Positions 27,219-35,642 of a DNA stretch of 64,000 nt are shown piece by piece. The translations under genes were made by a program, and so were the position numbers. How positions within the stretch are numbered: position 1 is the first letter of the stretch; every line of letters begins with the position of its first letter. The notes beneath the pieces were generated by a model. That model ran no database searches. It was not told the DNA's origin and saw nothing but the letters and a program-made list of their open reading frames with translations. Origin of the DNA: Bdellovibrionales bacterium (GTDB lineage Bacteria; Bdellovibrionota; UBA1018); assembly GCA_018266355.1 (NCBI GenBank), contig JAFEAP010000029.1, forward strand, positions 795,137-859,136, written 5' to 3'.

Positions 27219-28256
27219 ATGGTCTCGAATCTGAAATCTTCGCTTCTCGCGACGCTCGTTCTCGGTATGGCTGTGACCGCCGGGAATGCCCGCGCCGAAG
27301 CCGCCGCCGACGCTTCGGCCGACGCCGCTCTCGCGGCGCTCGCCGCGCCGGCTGCTTACGCCGATTATAATTGTATCAACGGCCTTTGCGTCGGCATGAC
27401 CGTTCGGGTCGTGGGCGGCGAATGGGCCGGCCACGCCGGATCGATCGTCTCGATCGACGAGTACCAGGACACGATCACCGTGTTGAACTCGTCCGGCTAC
27501 TACCTTTATCCGCGTAGCTACGACGTGATCGCGGACGTTTCCCAGCCGAGCGACTCCGGTTGCGTCGGCGCGGTTTGCGTCGGTGACCAAGTCCGCATCC
27601 TCTACGGTGCCGCCGCCGGCCGCATCGGCACGGTGGTCGACGCCGACGAGTACAACTACCGCGCGACGATCCTCGTCGACGGCCGTTACGTAATCGAAGA
27701 TGCGCGCGACCTTTCGCTCTACATCCGTCCGACGTCGGTTCCGACGATCCGCTACTACGCCCGTAACTGCGCGGTCGATTACTACGTCTACGACATCTTC
27801 CGCGGCTGCGTGCGCATCTCCTACGCATACCCGCGTCCGTTCATCCACCCGGTCCCGTACCCGCGGATGCTTCCGCGCCGTGCGCCTCCGCCGCGCGTGA
27901 TCGTGATGCCGCGTCGTTACCCGACTCCTCGGGGACCGATGCCGGGCCATCCGATGCCGCAAGGCCCGCGTGGACCGGTCATCATCAACCACGGTCCCGT
28001 CATCGTGAACCAAGGTCCGCGTGGCAACCAAGGTCCTTCGCGTCCGCAAATGCCGCCGCAAGGTCCTCGTGGCAACCAAGGTCCGTCGATCCCGCAACCT
28101 CCGCGTGGCAACCAAGGTCCTTCGCGTCCGCAAATGCCGCCGCAGCAAGGCCCGTCCCGTCCGTCGATGCCGTCCCAGGGCGGCATGCACGGCGGCGGCC
28201 AAGCCGGCGGTAACCACGGCGGTGGCGCCGGCGGAAACCGCGGCGGTCACCACTAA
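27219..28256 (+). CDS. exported repeat protein: two Cys-flanked KOW/SH3-like modules plus a Pro/Gly-rich tandem-repeat tail
   Basis: ATG 27219 is preceded by GGAGG (27206-27210). Signal peptide SLLATLVLGMAVTAGNARA. Internal duplication 'C.NGLCVGMTVRVVGGEWAGHAGSIVSIDEY' / 'CVGAVCVGDQVRILYGAAAGRIGTVVDADEY'. Tail '(Q)GPRGNQGPSRPQMPP' x3 and a Gly/His-rich C-terminus. Confidence 0.75.
   Translation: MVSNLKSSLLATLVLGMAVTAGNARAEAAADASADAALAALAAPAAYADYNCINGLCVGMTVRVVGGEWAGHAGSIVSIDEYQDTITVLNSSGYYLYPRSYDVIADVSQPSDSGCVGAVCVGDQVRILYGAAAGRIGTVVDADEYNYRATILVDGRYVIEDARDLSLYIRPTSVPTIRYYARNCAVDYYVYDIFRGCVRISYAYPRPFIHPVPYPRMLPRRAPPPRVIVMPRRYPTPRGPMPGHPMPQGPRGPVIINHGPVIVNQGPRGNQGPSRPQMPPQGPRGNQGPSIPQPPRGNQGPSRPQMPPQQGPSRPSMPSQGGMHGGGQAGGNHGGGAGGNRGGHH
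28011..28150 (+). repeat. in-frame tandem repeat inside CDS 27219..28256
   Basis: An identical 44-bp copy CCGCGTGGCAACCAAGGTCCTTCGCGTCCGCAAATGCCGCCGCA occurs at 28017-28060 and 28101-28144, with a degenerate copy between them. Period is 84 bp / 28 aa. Confidence 0.9.
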
Positions 28257-28278
28257 GATCCGCGATCGTGCTTAAACG

Positions 28279-28318
28279 AAAAGGCCCCGGGGGGTTCCCT
28301 CGGGGCCTTTTCTCTTTC
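28279..28318. terminator. bidirectional hairpin terminator between convergent genes (repeat protein / hpf)
   Basis: AAGGCCCCGGGGG-GTT-CCCTCGGGGCCTT forms a stem of about 13 bp, with TTTTCTCTTT on the + side and an A-run (T-run on the - strand) on the other side. Confidence 0.75.
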
Positions 28319-28357
28319 CATTAAACGAAAACCGAAACGCAGAACCCAAACGGGCTC

Positions 28358-28660
28358 CTAGTCTTCGCGTCCCTTGTGGTCCGTGACGATTTCCTTGTGC
28401 TTTTTGAGCTGCTTCTCGATCCGCGTGATCGCCATATCGACGGTCGCGTAAGCTTCGTCGGCGCGCCCTTCTCCGAAAAGGTCGATGTGAGAACCGACGG
28501 CGTGGCAGTGCGAGATGAACTCGCCGTGTTCCTTCGAGAAGTTCCAGGTCACGTGGACCTTGCCGTCGAAATACTTCTTCAGCTTCTCCGACTTGTCTTG
28601 CGCGTAATCGCGCAGGCTATCGGACGTGTCCATGTGCTTGAAATGAATGTCGACGATCAC
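28358..28660 (-). CDS. hpf: ribosome hibernation promoting factor / sigma-54 modulation protein
   Basis: 100 aa. 'MIVDIHFKHMDTSDSLRDYAQDKSEKLKKYF' matches the RaiA/HPF family. Located directly downstream of rpoN. Confidence 0.9.
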   Translation of the reverse strand: MIVDIHFKHMDTSDSLRDYAQDKSEKLKKYFDGKVHVTWNFSKEHGEFISHCHAVGSHIDLFGEGRADEAYATVDMAITRIEKQLKKHKEIVTDHKGRED

Positions 28661-28683
28661 GGTGCGTACCCCTTCGTCGTCGA

Positions 28684-30195
28684 TTATAGGACTTTTTTAC
28701 GCTTACTCGAAGAGAGAATTCCGAGCATGTCGCGGTATTTCGCGACGGTACGGCGCGCGATATCGATATTGTCCTTCGAAAGGAGTTCGACAATTTTTTG
28801 ATCCGAGAGCGGGTTCTTCGGGTCTTCTTTCGCGACGAGCTGACGCAGCTTATCCTTGACCGCTTCGCTCGCGAGCGATTCGGTTCCGTCCGAGGATTGG
28901 ATCGAGGAATTGAAGAAGTATTTCAACTCGAAGATGCCGACCGGCGTGTGCACGTACTTGTTCGTCGTGACCCGCGAGATCGTCGATTCATGCATGCCGA
29001 TGTCGTTCGCGACGTCCTTCAGGATCATCGGCTTGAGCATCTGGACGCCTTTATCGAAGAAGTCGCGCTGGCGCTTCACGATCGCGTCGGTGACCTTGTA
29101 GATCGTCTTTTGGCGGTTGTGGATCGAGCGGATGAGCCAAACTGCGGAGCGGAGCTTTTCCTGCACGTAATCCTTCGTGTCCTTTTGGCTCTTCGTCGGA
29201 TCGGCCTTCGCGTTCTGAAGTACGGACTTGTAGTAAGGCGAGATGCGGAGCTTCGGCAGGCCGTCTTCGTTCAGCGAGATCACGTACTCGTCGGCGACCT
29301 TGTACACGTAGATGTCCGGCGTGATGTAGTGCGTGTCGCCGGTGACGAAGTTCCGGCCGGGCTTCGGCTCGAACTCCATGATGACTTTCGTCGCTTCGAT
29401 GACCGCGGGCAAACCCACGCCGAGCGTCTTCGCGATGCCGTTGTAGTTCTTCTTCTCGAGATCGGGTAGGTGCTCGGAAATGATCTTTTCGACGAGCTCC
29501 TGGCGCGGTTGGAGGAACTTCGCTTGGAGCATGAGGCATTCGCGCAGGTCGCGCGAGCCGACGCCGACCGGGTCGAAGTTCTGAATCATCTTCAGGACTT
29601 CTTCGGCGTCCTCGACTTCGAGGCCGGATTCGCGGCAGATGTCCTCGAAATTTCCGTTGAAATAGCCTTCGTCCGAGAGATTGCCGATCACGAGTTCGCC
29701 GAAGTGTTTCTCTTCTTCGGTGAGGTTCGTCATCGAGAGCTGCCACATCAGGTGCTCTTCGAGAGTCGAAGTCTTCGTGAGCGCGTTCTCGAAGCTCGGG
29801 AGGTCGTCGAGGCTTTCCTTCATCGAAGGCGCCGTCATCGAGGAGGAATTGTAGTCCTCGATGTAGTTCTCCCAGTTCATGTCGTCGGTCTGTTCGGTCG
29901 GGGAGGCGATCTGCTCTTCCGCCGGCTTCTGCTCTCCGAAGCTTTCTTCGTCGCGCTGTTGCTGGCCTTCTGCGTTCAATCCGCCGTCTTCCGTCGTGTT
30001 GTCGCCTTCGGAGCCCGGCTCGCCGTCCGGAACTTCGCCCATCTCTTCCAAGACGGGGTTCTCGACCAGCTCTTGGTTCACGACTTCCATCAGCTCCATG
30101 CGATTCAGCTGCAGCAGCTTGATCGCTTGCTGGAGCTGAGGGGTCATCACGAGCTGTTGGCTTAAGCGTAAGCCCTGTTTGATTTCTAAGGCCAT
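28684..30195 (-). CDS. rpoN: RNA polymerase sigma-54 factor
   Basis: 503 aa. Region I 'LRLSQQLVMTPQLQQAIKLLQL', acidic region II, C-terminal HTH and RpoN box 'ARRTVAKYR'. Confidence 0.95.
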   Translation of the reverse strand: MALEIKQGLRLSQQLVMTPQLQQAIKLLQLNRMELMEVVNQELVENPVLEEMGEVPDGEPGSEGDNTTEDGGLNAEGQQQRDEESFGEQKPAEEQIASPTEQTDDMNWENYIEDYNSSSMTAPSMKESLDDLPSFENALTKTSTLEEHLMWQLSMTNLTEEEKHFGELVIGNLSDEGYFNGNFEDICRESGLEVEDAEEVLKMIQNFDPVGVGSRDLRECLMLQAKFLQPRQELVEKIISEHLPDLEKKNYNGIAKTLGVGLPAVIEATKVIMEFEPKPGRNFVTGDTHYITPDIYVYKVADEYVISLNEDGLPKLRISPYYKSVLQNAKADPTKSQKDTKDYVQEKLRSAVWLIRSIHNRQKTIYKVTDAIVKRQRDFFDKGVQMLKPMILKDVANDIGMHESTISRVTTNKYVHTPVGIFELKYFFNSSIQSSDGTESLASEAVKDKLRQLVAKEDPKNPLSDQKIVELLSKDNIDIARRTVAKYRDMLGILSSSKRKKVL

Positions 30196-30248
30196 GAAGG
30201 GGAGGGGTCCTTAAACGACGTCGAGTTGTTCCGTAGGTGCGATGGGGA

Positions 30249-30989
30249 CTAAAATTGAAAGTTCTCCCCGAGGTACTTTTCACGCGCGATCGGCGATTGC
30301 GCGATCTCCGCCGGGGTGCCTTTCTCAATGATTTTACCATCACTGAGTAAATATCCAATATCGCAAATCGCCAATGTTTCTCTCACGTTGTGGTCCGTGA
30401 TGAGGATTCCGATGCCCCGCTTCCTTAACGTATGGATCATTTTTTGAATATCCGCCACCGCGAGGGGGTCGATCCCGGCGAACGGCTCGTCGAGGAGCAG
30501 GAATTTCGGATCGAGCGCGAGGGCGCGGGCGACCTCGACCCGCCGGCGCTCGCCGCCCGACAGGGTGAACGCTTTTTGGCGCGCGATATGGCCGATGTTG
30601 AATTCGCCGATCAGCGATTGGAGCCGCTTGTTCCGTTCGGTGTGGTCGAGGTCGAGCGTCTCGAGCACGGAGAGGATGTTTTCCTCGACGGTCATCCGGC
30701 GGAAGACGCTGGCTTCCTGCGGAAGGTACGCCACGCCCATGCGCGCGCGCTCGTGCATCGGGAGCATCGAGACCTCTTTCCCGTCGAGCATGATCTTTCC
30801 GTCGTCCGCTTTCACGAGACCGACGACCATATAGAAGGAAGTCGTCTTTCCGGCGCCGTTCGGTCCGAGGAGGCCGACGACCTGGCCGGAGCTGACGGAG
30901 AAGTTCACGCCGCGGACGATCGGACGCTCGGCATACGCCTTCTTGATGTCGATCGCTTCGAGGGTGTGGACGACGGCGGTTTCGCTCAT
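30249..30989 (-). CDS. lptB: LPS export ABC transporter ATP-binding protein LptB
   Basis: 246 aa. Walker A 'GPNGAGKTT', signature 'LSGGERRRVEVARAL', Walker B 'LLLDEPFAGIDP'. Conserved position upstream of rpoN. Confidence 0.9.
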   Translation of the reverse strand: MSETAVVHTLEAIDIKKAYAERPIVRGVNFSVSSGQVVGLLGPNGAGKTTSFYMVVGLVKADDGKIMLDGKEVSMLPMHERARMGVAYLPQEASVFRRMTVEENILSVLETLDLDHTERNKRLQSLIGEFNIGHIARQKAFTLSGGERRRVEVARALALDPKFLLLDEPFAGIDPLAVADIQKMIHTLRKRGIGILITDHNVRETLAICDIGYLLSDGKIIEKGTPAEIAQSPIAREKYLGENFQF

Positions 30990-32170
30990 TGGCCTTCTTC
31001 CAACTCGCCCTCGGAAAACGCGTTCGACTGGTCGACTTCGACCAGATCGCTGTCCCGATGGACGATGATGGTTTCTCCCGTGATCGTATCACGGTCCTGG
31101 TAAACCTGCGGATAATCGCGCAGAACGATCAGGTTCTTGAAGCTGTCGAATTCCGCGATTCCCGCAGTCGCGTAGCGGGGTTTCGCGTTTCTCGCGCGAC
31201 GGCGCTCGGCGATCGATGCGTTTTCGTCGACTTTCGGCCGCTCCTCGATCTTCACGTCGTCGAGCGCGCGGACCGTGCGGAGTTTCCTTGGATTCGCGTT
31301 GATGCGGACTTCCGCGCGCCGCGATTTCGAAGACATTCCCGGTTGGTTGATCTTCACGAATCGGAGCTCGGCCGGACGCGATTCGAGCATCGTGAAGCGG
31401 GCGAGGTCCCTTTTGCGGTCGATCGTCGCGCGGTCCGAATCGACCGTGGTGATTTCCTCGCCTTTTTTCGGGTCGGGATGGATCACGCGCACTTGGACGT
31501 CGGAAAGGAGTTCGACGCGGTCTTCGGAGCCCGAATACTTCAGCCCTTTCGCGTGGAAATCGAACCGTTCGGCCGTCGGATCGATCTTTCCTCCGGCGGG
31601 GGGGACGCTCTTGCCCTCGACGGGATACGCGACGGGCACGCTCACCGTCTTGTTCGCCGCTTGGTAAAGCATGTACGGGCTCGTCGTCTCGAGGCCGGTC
31701 GGATAAATCGTTTTCACGTCTCCGAAGAGTTCGAGGTCGCGCGTCTCGATGAAGTATTTCGCTTCCTTCGAGGTAATGACGGTGATTTTCCCTTCGGCGT
31801 CGTAGAGGTCCGCGTGGACGTCGCGCGCGTGCACGATTCCGTCGGTCGTGTAGTAGAACGCGCGATCGGCTTGCATCAGCCACTGCTTATTCCCGGCCTG
31901 AGTCGAGACCTGCTGGAAACCCTCGACGGTATATTCGGGAATCCGGTCAGCGGGGATCGTCGCCTGGACGAAGGAGTCGGTGTACTGCGGCCGGAGCGTC
32001 CCGGCGTCGATCGCCTCGGGGGCGACCTCTTCTTCGAGCTTCCGGGGGGAAAACGCGACGATCTGGAGAATGATGAGGAGGCCCACCCCGGCGGCGAGCC
32101 AGAAGCGAAAGCGTCGAGCGGTAACAATCGTCTTTAATATTAGTCGCTTAGCTCGGAACGACCGTTCCAT
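30986..32170 (-). CDS. OstA-like LPS transport protein, apparent LptC-LptA fusion
   Basis: 394 aa. N-terminal TM anchor FWLAAGVGLLIILQIVAF (LptC-like), followed by two OstA-like beta-jellyroll-looking halves. 4-nt overlap with lptB. Confidence 0.65.
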   Translation of the reverse strand: MERSFRAKRLILKTIVTARRFRFWLAAGVGLLIILQIVAFSPRKLEEEVAPEAIDAGTLRPQYTDSFVQATIPADRIPEYTVEGFQQVSTQAGNKQWLMQADRAFYYTTDGIVHARDVHADLYDAEGKITVITSKEAKYFIETRDLELFGDVKTIYPTGLETTSPYMLYQAANKTVSVPVAYPVEGKSVPPAGGKIDPTAERFDFHAKGLKYSGSEDRVELLSDVQVRVIHPDPKKGEEITTVDSDRATIDRKRDLARFTMLESRPAELRFVKINQPGMSSKSRRAEVRINANPRKLRTVRALDDVKIEERPKVDENASIAERRRARNAKPRYATAGIAEFDSFKNLIVLRDYPQVYQDRDTITGETIIVHRDSDLVEVDQSNAFSEGELEEGQ

Positions 32171-32282
32171 CCCTTAAGGATAGACCCCGCGCTCTCGATC
32201 CACCACCCGAAAGGAGTCGGTCCGACCTTCCGTTGAAGACTTCGGTGCGACGTGTTAGCTCCTGAAGGTCGCCGTACTCCTT

Positions 32283-33398
32283 ATGATCGAGAAAACGCCC
32301 GCCCGCCCTTCGCTTGATTTGCGCCGATTCGAGACCCGGAAACGGAGTCACCTCGACCTCGCGCTGCGCCCGGAAGTCGAGGCGACCGAGATCACCGACC
32401 TGCGGCAGATCCGCCTCGAACACGACGCGCTCCCGGAATTCGATTTCGCCGAAGTCCGTCTCGCGACGCCGTTCGGGAAGGGAAGCTCGAAACGGGAACT
32501 CGCGACGCCGTTCTTCGTCTCCGGCATGACCGCCGGGCACGCGTCCGCGACGATGCTGAATCGCCGGTTGGCCGCCGCTTGCGCACGCCGCGGGTGGATT
32601 TTCGGCGTCGGTTCGCAGCGCCGGGAACTCGATCCGGCGCTTCCGGCGATCGACGCTTGGGCGGGATTGAAGTCGGAATCGCCGGACCTCGTCGTGCTCG
32701 GGAACCTCGGGATCTCGCAAGCGATCACCGAGCCCGTCGCGAACGTCCAGCGCCTCGCGAAGAACGCCGAGGCCGACGCGTTTTGCATTCACCTGAACGC
32801 GCTCCAGGAAGTTTTCCAACCCGAAGGCACGCCCGCGTTCAAGGGCGGCGTCGCCGCGCTCAAGAAGCTCGCGACGAAACTCGGCCTTCCCCTCGTCCTG
32901 AAGGAAACCGGCTGCGGCCTCTCCCGCCGGACGCTCGCGAAGATCCGCGCGCTTCCGCTCGCGGCGGTCGACGTTTCCGGGCTCGGCGGCACGCACTGGG
33001 GCCGCATCGAGGGACTTCGCGCCGCCGAGGAAGGCGAGTCCGTGCGCGCCCGCGCCGCGGAAACCTTCGCGGAGTGGGGCGTGAGCACGGTCGAGAGCGT
33101 GCGCGCGGCCGCGGAAATCCTGCCGAAAACCACCGAAGTTTGGGCGAGCGGAGGGGTTCGTACCGGCCTCGACGCCGCGAAACTGATCGCGCTCGGCGCG
33201 ACCCGCGTCGGATTCGCGAAGCCCGCGCTCGAAGCCGCCCTCGCGGGCGAGGCGGAGCTCGACCGGTGGATGGAAACCGTCGAATTCGAACTCCGGACCG
33301 CGCTTTTCTGCACGGGGAATCGCGCGCCGGCCGAGCTGCGGGGGACGCTCGCGGCGTCCAAGGCGCGCTCCGCGAAAACGAAACGGAGCCGTCGATGA
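32283..33398 (+). CDS. fni: isopentenyl-diphosphate delta-isomerase, type 2 (FMN-dependent)
   Basis: 371 aa. 'RKRSHLDLAL...LEHDALPEFDF..V.L.T', 'PFFVSGMTAG', 'GVGSQR', 'VDVSGLGGTHW' and 'ASGGVRTGLD' give the IDI-2 TIM-barrel pattern. Confidence 0.85.
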   Translation: MIEKTPARPSLDLRRFETRKRSHLDLALRPEVEATEITDLRQIRLEHDALPEFDFAEVRLATPFGKGSSKRELATPFFVSGMTAGHASATMLNRRLAAACARRGWIFGVGSQRRELDPALPAIDAWAGLKSESPDLVVLGNLGISQAITEPVANVQRLAKNAEADAFCIHLNALQEVFQPEGTPAFKGGVAALKKLATKLGLPLVLKETGCGLSRRTLAKIRALPLAAVDVSGLGGTHWGRIEGLRAAEEGESVRARAAETFAEWGVSTVESVRAAAEILPKTTEVWASGGVRTGLDAAKLIALGATRVGFAKPALEAALAGEAELDRWMETVEFELRTALFCTGNRAPAELRGTLAASKARSAKTKRSRR

Positions 33399-34723
33399 GT
33401 CGCGGATCCGAAAAACGCCCGTTCGAGAATTTCCACCGCCTTTCGCGGGTCGAGCGGCTCGCGCGCGTGAAGGAATTCTGCGGATTGACCGAGGACGAGG
33501 CGAGGATCCTCTCCGGGGAAACGCCGTTCCCGCTCGACGTCGCCGAACACCTGATCGAGAACGTCGTCGGCGCGTTCCCGATGCCGATCGGGATCGCCAC
33601 GAACTTCCGCATCGACGACCGGGAAATCCCGATCCCGATGGCGGTCGAGGAGACTTCGATCATCGCCGCCGCCTCGTCGACGGCGAAGTGGGTGAGCCGC
33701 GAAGGATCGATCCGGACCTACGCGCGGGGCAGCCTCATCATCGGCCAGGTCCAACTCCCGAACGTCCGCAACGTCGCGCACGCCCGCGGCGCGCTCCTCG
33801 AATCTCGCGCCGAGCTGATCGCGCTCGCGAACGCGTGCATCCCGAACCTCGTCGCCCGCGGCGGCGGCGTGCGGGAGATCGCGATCCGCGAGCTCGCGCG
33901 CCCCGCTTTCGAGGCGACGCCCGCCGGGACGATGCTCGTGCTCCACATCCTTTGCGATCCGTGCGACGCGATGGGAGCGAACCTCATCAATCAGGTCTGC
34001 GAAGCGCTCAAGCCCCGGATCGAGCAGCTCACCGACGAACGCGTCGGCCTCTGCATCCTTTCGAACCTCACCGACGGCAAACTCGCCTGCGCGGAAGTCG
34101 TCGTGCGCGGGATCGATCCGATCGTCGGCCAGGGAATCGTCGAGGCCGCGCTCTTCGCGAAGGTCGACCCGTACCGCGCGGCGACCCACAACAAAGGCGT
34201 CCTGAACGGAATCGACCCGATCCTGATCGCGACCGGAAACGACTGGCGCGCGGTCGAAGCCGGAATCCACGCCTACGCCGCCCGCACCGGGAAGTACCAA
34301 CCGGTCACCGATTGGCGGATGGAGGGCGGGGACCTCATCGGCCGTTTCGAGGCGCCGCTCGCCGTCGGTACCGTCGGCGGCGTCACGCGCGTGCACCCGA
34401 CGGCTCGGGTGGCGCTCAAGATGCTCGGCGTGACGAAGGCGGAAGACCTCGCGCGGATCTGCGCGGCGGTCGGCCTCGTCCAGAACCTCGGCGCGCTGAA
34501 GGCGCTCTCGACCGTCGGAATCGTGAAGGGCCACATGCAGCTCCACGCCGCGAACCTCGCGATCGCGGCCGGCGCGCACGTGCACGAGATCGGCGAAGTG
34601 CGCGATCGGCTGAACGCGGTGCTCGAGCGCGAGAAAAAGATCAACCTCTCCCAGGCGATCGCGATCCTCGAGGAGATCCGGAAGAAAGTCGTTTCCCAGC
34701 CGGCGCCTTCCGTTTTCCACTGA
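33395..34723 (+). CDS. mvaA: hydroxymethylglutaryl-CoA reductase, class II (degradative-type fold)
   Basis: ATG 33395 overlaps the fni stop (ATGA). 'ENVVGAFPMPIGIATNFRIDDREIPIPMAVEETSIIAAAS', 'DAMGANLIN' and 'HNKGVLNGIDPILIATGNDWRAVEAG' are the class II HMGR pattern. The ORF-track upstream extension is rejected. Confidence 0.9.
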   Translation: MSRGSEKRPFENFHRLSRVERLARVKEFCGLTEDEARILSGETPFPLDVAEHLIENVVGAFPMPIGIATNFRIDDREIPIPMAVEETSIIAAASSTAKWVSREGSIRTYARGSLIIGQVQLPNVRNVAHARGALLESRAELIALANACIPNLVARGGGVREIAIRELARPAFEATPAGTMLVLHILCDPCDAMGANLINQVCEALKPRIEQLTDERVGLCILSNLTDGKLACAEVVVRGIDPIVGQGIVEAALFAKVDPYRAATHNKGVLNGIDPILIATGNDWRAVEAGIHAYAARTGKYQPVTDWRMEGGDLIGRFEAPLAVGTVGGVTRVHPTARVALKMLGVTKAEDLARICAAVGLVQNLGALKALSTVGIVKGHMQLHAANLAIAAGAHVHEIGEVRDRLNAVLEREKKINLSQAIAILEEIRKKVVSQPAPSVFH

Positions 34724-34733
34724 GGGTTCGACG

Positions 34734-35642
34734 ATGACGCCGACCGCGCGCGGAATTTCCGTCCCCGGTAAGGTCTTTCTCCTCGGCGAATACGCGGTGC
34801 TGACCGGCGCGTCGGCGTGGGTGACCGCGGTCGCGCCGCGCTTCGAGTGGCTGGCTCCGGGAGCGGACGGCGCTTCCCCGCGGAACGCGGGTTTCCATCC
34901 CGAAAGTCCGGCCGGCCGCTTGCTCGCGAGCCGCGGAAAAGCCGAATTCGCGGGCCGCTTCGTCGATCCGTGGGAAGGACGCGGGGGCTTCGGCGGATCG
35001 ACCGCGGAGTTCGCCGTCGTCGCTTGGTCGGAAGGGGTACGCGGCGCGACCGAGGCGTGGCGGGAATACCGCGCGCTTTCCGCCGGGCAGCCCGACCTTC
35101 GGCGGCCGAGCGGCGCGGACCTCGTCGCGCAGTGGGAGGGAGGCACGGTCGAGTGGAATCCGGCGAGCGAGCGCGTGACCGCCCTCTCGGAGACGCTTCG
35201 GGATTTCCCGGTGCTGATGTTCTCGGCCACGCATTTGCCGAACCGGAAGACGGTGACCCACTCCCACCTCGAAGCCCTCGCTTCGGCGACGCTTTCGTTC
35301 GATTCGCTCCTGCCTTCCCTCGAGCGCGCCCGCGAAGGAGCGGGCGCTCGGGATTGGAGCGAAGTCGGGCGCGCGTTTTCTGCCTACGCGGATTCGCTCG
35401 CTCACCTCGGGCTCGAATCGCCGGTGGTCCGGAACGAGCGCCTCGCGCTTTCCCGCCACCCGGGCGTGATCGGAGCAAAGGGATGCGGATCGCTCCAAAC
35501 CGACGCGATGCTCGTCGTCGTCGAATCGCTCGTCGGGCCGGCCACCGAAAAGGTCATCGCGTTCGCGGAGCGGGAGTGCAGCTTGCGCCTGCTCGCGCGC
35601 GGACTGCCGAGGGAACCAGGCATTCGGGAGATCGACGCGTGA
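34734..35642 (+). CDS. mvaK2: phosphomevalonate kinase (GHMP family)
   Basis: 302 aa. 'PGKVFLLGEYAVL' (the GEY variant typical of ERG8-type PMK) and GHMP loop 'GGFGGSTAEFAVV'. Confidence 0.8.
   Translation: MTPTARGISVPGKVFLLGEYAVLTGASAWVTAVAPRFEWLAPGADGASPRNAGFHPESPAGRLLASRGKAEFAGRFVDPWEGRGGFGGSTAEFAVVAWSEGVRGATEAWREYRALSAGQPDLRRPSGADLVAQWEGGTVEWNPASERVTALSETLRDFPVLMFSATHLPNRKTVTHSHLEALASATLSFDSLLPSLERAREGAGARDWSEVGRAFSAYADSLAHLGLESPVVRNERLALSRHPGVIGAKGCGSLQTDAMLVVVESLVGPATEKVIAFAERECSLRLLARGLPREPGIREIDA

Noticed and set aside
28011-28150. Repeat array considered as a CRISPR-like or intergenic tandem repeat
   Set aside because: The repeats are in frame inside a GC3-rich ORF and encode a Pro/Gly-rich peptide repeat. 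There are no spacer-like unique segments of regular length and no cas genes.
32579-34723. ORF-track starts far upstream of the recognisable protein. Affected ORFs: 32579..34723, 34817..36709, 9506..10564, 15122..16087, 18773..20173, 38290..39018, 55335..56303, 54833..55606, 27171..28256
   Set aside because: The upstream parts are Arg/Gly/Pro-rich read-through of neighbouring genes in another frame. The internal ATG/GTG codons I chose give proper N-termini (signal peptides or conserved family starts). Several of them form ATGA/GTGA stop-start overlaps with the preceding gene.
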